DNA of 64,000 nt from a virus (lineage: Duplodnaviria > Caudoviricetes): IMG/VR virus record IMGVR_UViG_3300032321_001270, positions 32,001 through 96,000 of that record. One strand, written 5' to 3'. A program made the translations under genes and the position numbers. Position 1 is the first letter of the stretch. Every line of letters starts with the position of its first letter. A model generated the notes under the pieces. That model was not told the DNA's origin. It did no database searches and was given only the letters and a program-made list of their open reading frames with translations. Shown one piece after another: positions 1-8,999 of this stretch.

Positions 1-81
1 TGCCAGAAGTATTGCATACACTGAATCCATTCAGTGCGTTCTGCGGTTAGATCCGTCTAACCGACCAGATATTAATGTAAC

Positions 82-459
82 TTAATTCGGTGGCGTTTCT
101 AAAATAGGGGACATCTCGCTAATTTTGTCTTCCAGTTCGCGGATCGTACGCCGCAGAGCCGCATGCTCAGCTGCGGAGGCTGTAACCAAATCAGCAATCA
201 CGGCATTCAGGTGCGCGATTTCTTCATCCGCGGCCGGCACTGTTACCTGCGGCGGCGGTAAAACCTGTACCCTGTCTTCCAGTTCGCGGATCGTACGCCG
301 TAGGGTGGCGTGTTCTGCCGCGCGGGCGGACACCATACCGGCAATCAGCGCGTTCAATCGGTCAAGTTCGTCTGCTGCGTCGTCGAGCGTTTTGCGGTTG
401 ACTAAACCGTGCATGGTGCGCAAGGGCCGGCTGAGATGATGACGTTCTTGTTCCGTCAT
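82..459 (-). CDS. Hypothetical coiled-coil protein with an internal 49-aa duplication
   Basis: AEHA[TA]LRRTIRELED occurs twice; 27-bp direct repeat at 127-153 and 274-300; start overlaps the deaminase stop. Confidence 0.6.
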   Translation of the reverse strand: MTEQERHHLSRPLRTMHGLVNRKTLDDAADELDRLNALIAGMVSARAAEHATLRRTIRELEDRVQVLPPPQVTVPAADEEIAHLNAVIADLVTASAAEHAALRRTIRELEDKISEMSPILETPPN

Positions 460-941
460 AGTTCGATTTCCTTTCCGTCGCGTAATATCGTCATGCCGAG
501 TTTTTCCTGCAGCCGACGGTAAATCACGCCAGCTTCTGTAAACATCTGGTCAGCGCAGTCGATGCTGTCCTGCCATGTGCCGTGCGCGGGATCATGTGCT
601 AACCCCACAACTTCGGTGATACCGGCGCAGATGATCGCCCGGGCGCAATCGGTACAGGCAAACCACGGGCAGTACAGCTTGCCGCCCTTGGTCGAAAGAC
701 CACGCCGCGCCGCCGTATAAATAGCGTTGCGTTCGGCGTGCTCAATATACATGTACTTCGTCGGTCGTTGGTACCGAGACTGGTCCGGGACGACGCCGTC
801 CGGGAACGCATTTGCAGCTCCAACCGGCCAGCCGCACGCTGTGACTAACACTGCGCCATTTTGCGTGTGCTGGTCATCAGACTGCGTTTGCGCGATCTCA
901 ACGGCGAGCCGCAGGTAAAACAAATCAGGATTGGGGTGCAC
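456..941 (-). CDS. dCMP/cytidine deaminase family protein
   Basis: HAERNAI and WFACTDCARAII zinc motifs; likely GTG start at 941 (the ORF-track extension to 1139 overlaps the next gene). Confidence 0.85.
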   Translation of the reverse strand: MHPNPDLFYLRLAVEIAQTQSDDQHTQNGAVLVTACGWPVGAANAFPDGVVPDQSRYQRPTKYMYIEHAERNAIYTAARRGLSTKGGKLYCPWFACTDCARAIICAGITEVVGLAHDPAHGTWQDSIDCADQMFTEAGVIYRRLQEKLGMTILRDGKEIEL

Positions 942-1404
942 AGTAAAAAGCCTCTTCGGGACGGCAGAACCGCACGTACTTTTTATCCACAGTATAGAAG
1001 TCGCACTCGCGGTTTTGTTTCGGATCCCAACGCCGTTCGATCTTCCAGTGCGGGCGCGTATGACCGTATACAACAGCGGCACACGAGCCGTCGCGGTTTT
1101 CGATGACATACGCCAGCGGCGCATCTGTTGCACGATCAACTTTATATTTTTCGTCCACGATCACGGTCGGATACGGATAGCTGGCGGCACACCGAAACAT
1201 CAACTCGCGAACTTTGTGCTCCACGCGGCAACAGATCATAATGTCGCCGCTGTCGCCGTATTTCATCCGTACCGATGAGTCTGGCCGCGTCTGTTGCGGC
1301 GGTACTTCAGCATAAAACCCGACATCACACATCTGCTGCGCAAACGCTGCTACCCGCGATCGACTGGCCGACAAATCACGTAAAAAAGCTGTATCTGACT
1401 TCAT
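925..1404 (-). CDS. Putative PD-(D/E)XK nuclease-fold protein
   Basis: D-x-GD-IMICCRV-E-H-K arrangement resembles the restriction-endonuclease-like catalytic motif. Confidence 0.45.
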   Translation of the reverse strand: MKSDTAFLRDLSASRSRVAAFAQQMCDVGFYAEVPPQQTRPDSSVRMKYGDSGDIMICCRVEHKVRELMFRCAASYPYPTVIVDEKYKVDRATDAPLAYVIENRDGSCAAVVYGHTRPHWKIERRWDPKQNRECDFYTVDKKYVRFCRPEEAFYCAPQS

Positions 1405-1661
1405 CTGGCAGCTCTCCTAAAAATGCGGGCTGGATACTGGCAGCAGATCCGCTCGTGATCTGCTTGTGCTCGTATAACGTAGGGGCGAAGGAGGCGCTTG
1501 GACACGTTTAAAACCCAGCTACCAGTACCCGGCACCACGGCTATCCAAGTGTGGTGCAAACTCTGGGAGGACGACCAGAGTTCTGCGGCGTCACGTCCAA
1601 TTCGGCGCAGAACAGGTGGGAGTACCCTGCTTGCGGCCAGCAACCGGCCACCATGCCGCAA
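1401..1661 (-). CDS. Hypothetical protein
   Basis: Fills the gap between neighbours, with a 4-nt overlap at its stop. Confidence 0.35.
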   Translation of the reverse strand: MRHGGRLLAASRVLPPVLRRIGRDAAELWSSSQSLHHTWIAVVPGTGSWVLNVSKRLLRPYVIRAQADHERICCQYPARIFRRAAR

Positions 1662-1677
1662 CTTTCCCGCAAGTTTT

Positions 1678-2232
1678 TTACTTTGTGTCGCGATCCATCA
1701 TGTTTAACCGTCGGAGCTGCCGCTTGTCGACATCCGCCAGAATGCGTTGGATATGCCGCGCGTCTTCAAAGCTATCTTGCAAATGGTCTTCGTAAAACAC
1801 TTCAAGATACGCGGCTGCAACCCTGTCGTCGAGCGATTTAAGCTGCTGCAGACGTGTTGCATAGTTTGCAACAACTTGGCGTTCCAGCGTGTGCGCCTCG
1901 ATTAAGATATCTTCAACGCGCGTGTATGTTGGAAACGGGTGTCCGCCGGCGCAAGGTTGAACAAAATCAAACCCGTACAGGCAATCCAAAAATTGCTGGA
2001 CATGCTGCAGCTCACCCTTGGCCGCGTCGGTTAAAAACTCTTTGTACTCTTCCGCGTGCAGGCCCGTGACGGCGCTGGCGTGATAGAGATAGAACTGCAG
2101 GTGCGTCCATTCATTCTGCAAATCTTCGTTGATCAGGCTGACAAAATCCGCCAACGTGTACATTCCCGGTTCACCTGCAGGTCCGGGTTCACCGCTATCG
2201 CTCGTCAGTCCGAGATCGTCTTCCGTGCTCAT
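1678..2232 (-). CDS. Ferritin/bacterioferritin-like di-iron protein
   Basis: Four-helix pattern with NEWTHLQFY...ELQH and LERQ...EDARH carboxylate/His ligands. Confidence 0.75.
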   Translation of the reverse strand: MSTEDDLGLTSDSGEPGPAGEPGMYTLADFVSLINEDLQNEWTHLQFYLYHASAVTGLHAEEYKEFLTDAAKGELQHVQQFLDCLYGFDFVQPCAGGHPFPTYTRVEDILIEAHTLERQVVANYATRLQQLKSLDDRVAAAYLEVFYEDHLQDSFEDARHIQRILADVDKRQLRRLNMMDRDTK

Positions 2233-2828
2233 AGTGCAAACTCCCTTTTGAGATAATCAGCCAGCCGCTCCGCTTGCGGCGTTTCTTCTTTGATGATGGT
2301 GTCGAAGCAGACTTCACCGTATTGGCAAAACACCTGCACGTTGTTCACAAACCAGCCCATATGGTAGCCAAGGGACATAAACCCGCAAAGGCGAGTTGTC
2401 GCCTCTATGTCGAGCACATAGTTCTGTTTAGCAAATTTGTGTTCCCAGTATTCTTTTGGTTGGCAGTTAATATGTCCGTGCCCGCCCTGACCCGGTTGCG
2501 CGGCGCTAAAAATAATCGTCGGCGCCGTGGCCACGAGCTTGGAAACAAACGTGTCAGCCAGTGACTCGTCGATGTGTTCCGCCACTTCCAAACACAGGCA
2601 GATGTCGTAGTTTCTGTACATCTCAAACTGCGGGTGGAACACGCTCAGTTTGTCATACGGGCAGCGCGGATCGGGGTCGACGCCGTCCGCCTGCAGGCCC
2701 AGCTGGCGTAGCGCGGTAACATAGATTCCGGGGCCGCAACCGACGTCAAGAATCCGCATGCTGTCCTCCATTGTGCGACATGCCGCATTAGGTGGGCAAA
2801 GTGTATCGCACCCCCTGAAAGCAGGCAA
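2229..2828 (-). CDS. Class I SAM-dependent methyltransferase (start probably 2759 or 2771)
   Basis: ILDVGCGPG motif I; CLCLEVAEHI; IIFSAAQPGQGGHGHIN. Confidence 0.85.
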   Translation of the reverse strand: MPAFRGCDTLCPPNAACRTMEDSMRILDVGCGPGIYVTALRQLGLQADGVDPDPRCPYDKLSVFHPQFEMYRNYDICLCLEVAEHIDESLADTFVSKLVATAPTIIFSAAQPGQGGHGHINCQPKEYWEHKFAKQNYVLDIEATTRLCGFMSLGYHMGWFVNNVQVFCQYGEVCFDTIIKEETPQAERLADYLKREFAL

Positions 2829-2846
2829 TAGAAACGCACGAACGAG

Positions 2847-3554
2847 TTACAGCTTTTTTAAGATAGCCGCCACGAGTGGATGACGCACGACATCACTGTG
2901 GGCAAACTGCACAACATCAATACCCGAAACACCCTTGAGCTTCGTGACGACTTCATTCATGGGCGGCGGCGAGATTGGTAAATCAGTCTGCTGCGGATCA
3001 CCGGTCACAACGATCTTCGAGTTCTGCCCAAAGCGCGATAAAAATAACTTAAACTGCGTGTACGTGGCATTCTGGGCCTCGTCAAACACGCAGATGCTGT
3101 CGTTGAACGTGCGGCCGCGTAAATAACACAGCGGCGCCAGCACAATGGCTTTATTTACAAATTCGCGCTTGGGGCCTAACTTACCCAAGAGCGCGTCCAT
3201 GGTGTCGTACAGCGGCTGCATGTACGGATTGACCTTCTCGCCGAACGAGCCCGGAAGATAGCCGAGCTTTTCGCCGGCGTCCACGATGGGGCGCGTCAGC
3301 ACAATCTGGCTGGCGCGCTTGGCCAGAATCTCGTTGATGGCAAAGGCCATGGCCAGAAACGTCTTGCCCGAGCCAGCCGAGCCCAGCAAGAACGTGATGT
3401 CGTTCTCTTGCAGCGTTTTCCACGCGCGTTTCTGGGCTTCGGTGCGCCACTCGATATCGCACGGCGTTAATTGGGCTTTTGCTTTTTCCTGTTGATCTTG
3501 TTTTCGCTTAGCCTTCTTCTCGGCTCTCCGCACATTCCTTTGCTTGACAGCCAT
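2847..3554 (-). CDS. phoH: PhoH family ATPase
   Basis: GSAGSGKT Walker A, LTRP, LGYLPG, YLRGRTF, DEAQN, GDPQQTD. Confidence 0.95.
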   Translation of the reverse strand: MAVKQRNVRRAEKKAKRKQDQQEKAKAQLTPCDIEWRTEAQKRAWKTLQENDITFLLGSAGSGKTFLAMAFAINEILAKRASQIVLTRPIVDAGEKLGYLPGSFGEKVNPYMQPLYDTMDALLGKLGPKREFVNKAIVLAPLCYLRGRTFNDSICVFDEAQNATYTQFKLFLSRFGQNSKIVVTGDPQQTDLPISPPPMNEVVTKLKGVSGIDVVQFAHSDVVRHPLVAAILKKL

Positions 3555-3619
3555 AGCGACTCGCTTTCGTGGTGAAAGTCATCGTGTGATTATGTTACCT
3601 GTATCGGCACGCCTCCTGT

Positions 3620-5845
3620 TTACATCTGCGGACCGGACGGCATGCCCGGCGCCTGATCGTAGTAAAACGGGTTGCGCACATTGGGCACGTACGACCGTGC
3701 CGTTTGCGCTGCGTTGTTCACGCCGCGGCGAACATTGTTTGCGGTGTTAACAACGCTGTTTCGGGCTGTGCCGTATGCGGTACCGGCGGCATCGCCGATT
3801 GCTGAGCCAGCGGTATTGAACGCGCTACCAATCAAATTTCCGGCTGAACTCGCAGCGTTTCCGGCTGAACTTGCGGCGTTGCCAACGGCGTTGCCAGCGG
3901 ACGATATGGCGTTGGTCACGCCCTGCACACCAGCGCCAATGTCGTTTGCGGCTTGATTGTAAATATTACGACCAAACTCTTGCGCGTGATTCACATATGG
4001 CTGCGCAGGCGACGAGTTTCCAAGGCCATATGCGCCAGCCCCGGCTAACATCGTGGCGCCAAGCGGACTCTTGTTTGCGACATACCGCGCACCCGTGCCG
4101 GCCCCGCGGGCCACGGTACCGGCCCCCTGCATACCGTAGCCGAGCGCAGCTTGTGCGCCGCCGGCCATCGTCTTGGCAGCGCCCATGCGTCCGCCCTGCT
4201 GCAGGCCGCTGCGGGCCATGTTTACGCCGCCCTGCGCGAGCGTGTTTCCGCCGCTTGTCATAGCGCCGCCGACCATTTGCGCACCCCGACCGACACCAGA
4301 CACGCCTTTCTGCGCCGCGGCTCCAACCGCGCGGCCTGCGCCGGAAGCCATGCGACCCACCCCGCGAGCAAGTGCCCCAAGCGGTACGGCTACTTTTTCA
4401 TGCGGCTGCTGGTTGTTCTTTGCGTCAGTCGGCACCGGGCTGTTTGTTTCGCGTTGCTTGTCGTCGATCATCTTTTTGCTACCACGCGATGACGGCTCTA
4501 GCGTCATCTGTGTTTTACCGCGAGCAGCACTCGACACAGCTTTCTTCTCTTTCTTGTCTTTCTTCTTCTTGCTACGAGCTGGCCGGCACGAGTCTTCGCT
4601 GTACGGCTTCTTGCCCGGCACCGGTTCGTAACCAGCCCAGCACCGCGCAAACTTCTCGCCAAACTCGCGCGCAGAACCCTGCTTGACGCCATTCGTGCTG
4701 CTGGCCTGTAACTGCGGCATCAGCTGCTCGATGATATTGCGGTTGTGCGTCAGGAAGTCATACGTTTGCCGGCCCTGTTCGCTGCTCATGTTGGGATCGC
4801 GGCCCATGAGCATCGTGGTGCCGAACTCTGGACTTAACTTGCCCAGCGCGTTGATCTGATCCATGGGGTTATTGCTGTTTCCGCCGCCAAGCATGCTGTA
4901 CAGGCCGTTGGCGCCCTGTCCAACCAATCGCCGCGGGCCGTCGCCGAACATACCGGCTCCTGCAGCGCCTAAACCAGCCGCACCCAGACCAAGCGCACCC
5001 ATCGCGCCACCCAGTCCGGCATTGCCGCGGCCGCCCATGTATGCGCCAGCCAAGGCCAGCGGAACACCGGCGCCAATCGCGTAGCGCGCTTCGATCGGCA
5101 GGCTATTCCACATGCCCATCAAGCCGCCGCCGTGCCCAGCTTCAGCGTGCTGGCCCTGCATAAGCTGCGTGTTCAATTGTTGGTTATTGATATTTGCCGT
5201 CGACGGCTCAGCGGCGTCATTGCCGCCCAGACCTAAAGCCTGACCGCCGTAATGCAAACCGGCAGCGCCGGCGCCAGCGCCAACTGCAAGGTTCAGCGGA
5301 TTGCGCGCATTCGTCATCGCCGACGTGCCGCCACCCAGATAGTCAGGAATGTTTTTGGCCATCGCTTGCGTGCGGCCCAGCGTCTGATCGCCGAAACGTT
5401 GTCCGGCGGCGCGCGCATCACGACCCATGGCATACTGCGCCAGATCGTCAGCTTTGTTTAGGCCGCGGCGCGCTGTATTCATGACGCCCTGACCGAGACC
5501 GCCGACAGCGTCCAACGCACCACCAGCTAACTGACCCGGCGTGCCGTGATACAACGACGCGGCCTGTCCACGGACTGCACGGCCCGCCGCTTCCATACGA
5601 CTAGGTGCCGCGGGCTTGGCCGCCAGCGGCACGGCTTTGTAGCGATCTTTCAGCGGAATGGTCAGCGGATCTACAACATTTTTTTGCATACCGCGCGAAA
5701 AACCACGTGTCGCCGCTGTGCCTTTTGCTGCCGCTCGCTGCGCTGTGCGCCTGACGGCATCAACGCCCTTGTTCACGTACTGGCCGACGTTAATTGCGTC
5801 TTTTTCCATTGCACCAGTAAGTTGACCAAATTCATAAGGCGTCAT
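3620..5845 (-). CDS. Gly/Ala-rich modular protein with repeated EKxA motifs, putative virion/injected protein
   Basis: Likely start MTPYEFG at 5845; hydrophobic glycine-zipper segments; CWAGYEPVPGKKPYSEDSC module. Confidence 0.7.
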   Translation of the reverse strand: MTPYEFGQLTGAMEKDAINVGQYVNKGVDAVRRTAQRAAAKGTAATRGFSRGMQKNVVDPLTIPLKDRYKAVPLAAKPAAPSRMEAAGRAVRGQAASLYHGTPGQLAGGALDAVGGLGQGVMNTARRGLNKADDLAQYAMGRDARAAGQRFGDQTLGRTQAMAKNIPDYLGGGTSAMTNARNPLNLAVGAGAGAAGLHYGGQALGLGGNDAAEPSTANINNQQLNTQLMQGQHAEAGHGGGLMGMWNSLPIEARYAIGAGVPLALAGAYMGGRGNAGLGGAMGALGLGAAGLGAAGAGMFGDGPRRLVGQGANGLYSMLGGGNSNNPMDQINALGKLSPEFGTTMLMGRDPNMSSEQGRQTYDFLTHNRNIIEQLMPQLQASSTNGVKQGSAREFGEKFARCWAGYEPVPGKKPYSEDSCRPARSKKKKDKKEKKAVSSAARGKTQMTLEPSSRGSKKMIDDKQRETNSPVPTDAKNNQQPHEKVAVPLGALARGVGRMASGAGRAVGAAAQKGVSGVGRGAQMVGGAMTSGGNTLAQGGVNMARSGLQQGGRMGAAKTMAGGAQAALGYGMQGAGTVARGAGTGARYVANKSPLGATMLAGAGAYGLGNSSPAQPYVNHAQEFGRNIYNQAANDIGAGVQGVTNAISSAGNAVGNAASSAGNAASSAGNLIGSAFNTAGSAIGDAAGTAYGTARNSVVNTANNVRRGVNNAAQTARSYVPNVRNPFYYDQAPGMPSGPQM

Positions 5846-5995
5846 GGGTTTGTTCCTGTGTTGCTTCTGGTTTTGATATTTTTTCGGGGTACGTGCAGCG
5901 GCCGCCTTCGCAGCAGGTTTCAAGGATGATGCGGCAAAACGGACACACCAGTTTGCCGCGGATCTCAATCGCCGGGCTTTCGCACAACGGGCACA

Positions 5996-6616
5996 TTACC
6001 ACTCAAACTCAACCGGGTTTTGTGTCTTATAACCAAAGTTAATGTCAATCGGCGACTTTAACTTCACGCCGGGTAGCGGCAGTTTTGGCGCCACAGCGGC
6101 GGTGCCACCCAATAAACCAGCGGCGGCCAAAGTCGGCACGCCATAATGCGCGCCAGCAAGATTCTCAAGCTGCCGGCCGCCAAACTGTAGCGCATCACCG
6201 GCAAAGTTTGTGACGTGACCGGCACCGCGCGCTGTTCGACCGCCCAACCTAACACCGTGCCCAAGCAACGCCATTAGATCGCGCGAGACACCCGATGTGC
6301 CGCCCGAACCGCGGATCATGCGCTCGCCACCCTTCATAGCCTCGCGTCCAGCCGAGAGCGCCAACCCGCCAAGACCCTGCGACGAACCCATGCCAGCCGC
6401 TGTGTTCTGGGCCGCGCCACCGACCAACTGCCCGGCGCCTGTCATACCGCGGCCAAAACCTTTGACGATGTGTTTGGAACCCTGATTCACCGTCTGGGCG
6501 CCGCGGGCAATGCTAGAACCAACGTTCTGCAGTCGCGCGCCAAGGCCACCCCAATTGATCGCCTGTTTTTCGAGCGTTCCAATTTGAAATCCAAAGTCAA
6601 ACGGCGTCATGTGCAT
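5996..6616 (-). CDS. Gly-rich EKxA-motif protein
   Basis: N-terminus MTPFDFG...LEKQA resembles the neighbouring proteins. Confidence 0.7.
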   Translation of the reverse strand: MHMTPFDFGFQIGTLEKQAINWGGLGARLQNVGSSIARGAQTVNQGSKHIVKGFGRGMTGAGQLVGGAAQNTAAGMGSSQGLGGLALSAGREAMKGGERMIRGSGGTSGVSRDLMALLGHGVRLGGRTARGAGHVTNFAGDALQFGGRQLENLAGAHYGVPTLAAAGLLGGTAAVAPKLPLPGVKLKSPIDINFGYKTQNPVEFEW

Positions 6617-6629
6617 ACCTTTCTGCTAT

Positions 6630-7280
6630 TTAAAAGCTCATCATTGGATTGTTTAACTGCGGCGGCTGCATAGGTTGCATCGGTTGCCCGCCAGCACCCA
6701 TCGCCATTCCCGCCAGCGAGCCAGCTGTTGTAGCCAGCGGCGCCATCTGCATGGTCTGCATAGGATTCTTGATCGCGGCGTTCCAGACTTTGCCGCCCAC
6801 GCCCGGATTCTGAGCCAGCGGCGCCACTTTCTGGACACCCTTGGACATGGCTTGGTTCACGCCGGTCATCATCTTGCGGCCGCGATCCACGAATTGGACC
6901 GAACCCGACGACAACGCGCGGCCGGTTTGTTTCATGCCGGCCCGAGCCAGCGCGCGGCCTGCCGACACGCCAGCGCGGCCGGCAGCTCCAGCAGCAAAAC
7001 CAAATCCCGGCAGAAAGCTCAGGGCGCCATTGAGTACAGACAGCCCGGCTTGCCCAAAGCGGCCGTTGTATAAATGCCGTGTTGTATCGTTTATCGCAGT
7101 GGGCACGCCCGTGATCGGATTGGAATACAACGCCACGTCCTGTACCAAGCCGCGTTGGGTGGGATCAAACTGCCCCATCGCGCCGCCTGTGCCGAACGCA
7201 ATCTCGTCGCCGGTCTCGCCAAACAGTGCGCGCTTCTCTAGCTGCACACCGACACGGTAGCCGAACTCGTAAGGCTGCAT
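6630..7280 (-). CDS. Gly-rich EKxA-motif protein
   Basis: N-terminus MQPYEFG...LEKRA; amphipathic/hydrophobic helices. Confidence 0.7.
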   Translation of the reverse strand: MQPYEFGYRVGVQLEKRALFGETGDEIAFGTGGAMGQFDPTQRGLVQDVALYSNPITGVPTAINDTTRHLYNGRFGQAGLSVLNGALSFLPGFGFAAGAAGRAGVSAGRALARAGMKQTGRALSSGSVQFVDRGRKMMTGVNQAMSKGVQKVAPLAQNPGVGGKVWNAAIKNPMQTMQMAPLATTAGSLAGMAMGAGGQPMQPMQPPQLNNPMMSF

Positions 7281-7397
7281 AGTTACTTGCTCCAAAAAAC
7301 ACACGCGAACGCCCCACACCTGACTCGGTTCCGCTTCGGTGAGGAGTTTGTGACAGGAAACCGAAAAAACATCCCCTCGCTCGCGTGTGTTATTTTG

Positions 7398-7931
7398 TTA
7401 TTTTTGGCACTCCCGGCTGCAGCGAAACACGAGCGAATACCGCGTGTCCGCCACAGGACAGATTTCATGTTTCCAATTGTAGCGGATTTCGTCGCGCATT
7501 TGTACAAGGCTTCGGGGCGGGAGTTCTACAGAGAATGAGCGCTCTTCGTGCGTAAATACCATTGTAGCCGGAGTGACGAGGCTTAAAACCGTGATTACCG
7601 CGCCGCCTGCAGGGGCATCAATGTGCGGCAGAATAACTTGTTTTTTTAGATACTGATTAAGCGTAATTGAGTCTGGCCGTATCTCTACCAGTTTTTGTTC
7701 TACGAGGCGGTCCAGCAAAAATTCAAAGTGCGCCGGTATTGTAGCTGACAGCCGATCGTTGCTGTACGGCACCGCAGAACCCCAACGTTGAACCACATTG
7801 CGCCCTTTGACGTGGTGCCGTTTATGTCCTGTGGGGATGCCCGCCTCAATACAGGTTATTAATGTCTGTTCTTCTTCTGCCGAGATAAACTCTGGGATCA
7901 ACGCAAGTGTGCCGACGTCCGTGGGAAGCAT
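7398..7931 (-). CDS. AlkB-like 2OG-Fe(II) oxygenase
   Basis: NQY...PHID (HxD), WKHEI, RYSLVFR. Confidence 0.85.
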   Translation of the reverse strand: MLPTDVGTLALIPEFISAEEEQTLITCIEAGIPTGHKRHHVKGRNVVQRWGSAVPYSNDRLSATIPAHFEFLLDRLVEQKLVEIRPDSITLNQYLKKQVILPHIDAPAGGAVITVLSLVTPATMVFTHEERSFSVELPPRSLVQMRDEIRYNWKHEICPVADTRYSLVFRCSRECQK

Positions 7932-7943
7932 AAGGCGCTCCAG

Positions 7944-8324
7944 TCACCGGCGATACTGCGCACAACGGCGATTCCGGTGCATATCTCGCCGAAAGGCCGC
8001 GGCCATCTTGCGCACGTCCTTGTTGTAGCAATGATAATTAAAAAAGTGCCCAAACATGAAATGACACGATGTTTCGCACAACGTAATTAAATTGTGCTCA
8101 ACGAGTTCCAGTTCCGGCGCAATGCTCACTGGATAAATATGATGCACGTTTAAATTCGTCGTGCGACCGCAGACTTCACAAACGGGGTGCTTCGCTAGGT
8201 GTTCAGCCCGCACCCGTCGCCATGCGCCTGCGCGTGCCCGCAAATCGAGGATGTGCCGGGGTCGCAGCCAGAGGGGCAAGAAGCGTTCGACGGCGTGCCA
8301 GCAGGCAAGAAAAATGGCACGCAT
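7944..8324 (-). CDS. HNH endonuclease
   Basis: CEVCG...VHHIYP...NLITLCE...CH...GH. Confidence 0.85.
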   Translation of the reverse strand: MRAIFLACWHAVERFLPLWLRPRHILDLRARAGAWRRVRAEHLAKHPVCEVCGRTTNLNVHHIYPVSIAPELELVEHNLITLCETSCHFMFGHFFNYHCYNKDVRKMAAAFRRDMHRNRRCAQYRR

Positions 8325-8443
8325 GGCATAACTTTCGTGCTGCCGCAGTGATACGGCGGGTCATACGGGCAGTTCTGGCATTTGCGACCACAACACATTT
8401 GCTGCGCTAGTAAAAACTCCCGGGACAGAGGCTGCGGGCTCAT
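8195..8443 (-). CDS. Small Cys-rich protein (CCGxxCxxCPY)
   Basis: CCGRKCQNCPY motif; the C-terminal half overlaps the HNH gene. Confidence 0.4.
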   Translation of the reverse strand: MSPQPLSREFLLAQQMCCGRKCQNCPYDPPYHCGSTKVMPCVPFFLPAGTPSNASCPSGCDPGTSSICGHAQAHGDGCGLNT

Positions 8444-8826
8444 AGCACGGTCGAAGCGTGCGTGAATTTTTTTTCGTAGTGGGCGTAAATGTCAGCGTAG
8501 GCCACACCCCACGCGGCATCATGCGCGAGCTTGTTGAACGCCTCGTCGTCCGCGGCGTTATCCAGCCGGTGGTTCCACGCCCGCGCATGCGCCCACTCGT
8601 GGATTAAAACATCCATGGAACGCGACTCGTCCAGACTCTTGTCGATCTGGATGTGGAACTTCTTGCCCTGTTTCCAGCAGCGGCCCTCTAACTTGGAGAG
8701 CTTGACGCGGCGAACGCTCACGGGAAACGCCGCGGGGCACTCTTTTTTGAGCATCCGCAGGAGGGCGTTGTAATACTTAAATCGAGCCGCCATGCTCCGT
8801 CCTCCTGAAGGGCGTCCTTGCCGCAA
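8440..8826 (-). CDS. HExxH zinc metallopeptidase-like protein
   Basis: DVLIHEWAH, followed later by AHDAAWG. Confidence 0.6.
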   Translation of the reverse strand: MRQGRPSGGRSMAARFKYYNALLRMLKKECPAAFPVSVRRVKLSKLEGRCWKQGKKFHIQIDKSLDESRSMDVLIHEWAHARAWNHRLDNAADDEAFNKLAHDAAWGVAYADIYAHYEKKFTHASTVL

Positions 8827-8879
8827 CAGGCTGATTATACAGGGCCGGAGTTACGTTTGTCGCATCAGGTTTTTAGCTT

Positions 8880-8999
8880 GTTTTAGTGCGCTTGAAGCGA
8901 CGCAGCCGTGTGATAGGATCGCCGAAGCAACCTGATCTTTGACGCGAGCGCCGAAGCTTCCGAGTCATTCTGGCGACGTCGCTTCAAAAGCACTAAAAC
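8880..8999 (-). ncRNA. Candidate structured RNA (long closing stem, two C-UUCG-G loops)
   Basis: 8880-8889 pairs with 8990-8999, and 8892-8902 with 8977-8987; gcttcggc occurs twice inside on the minus strand. Confidence 0.4.

Noticed and set aside
7944-8324. HNH as an intron-encoded homing endonuclease
   Set aside because: The flanking genes are different, intact ORFs; no split gene or intron core was seen.
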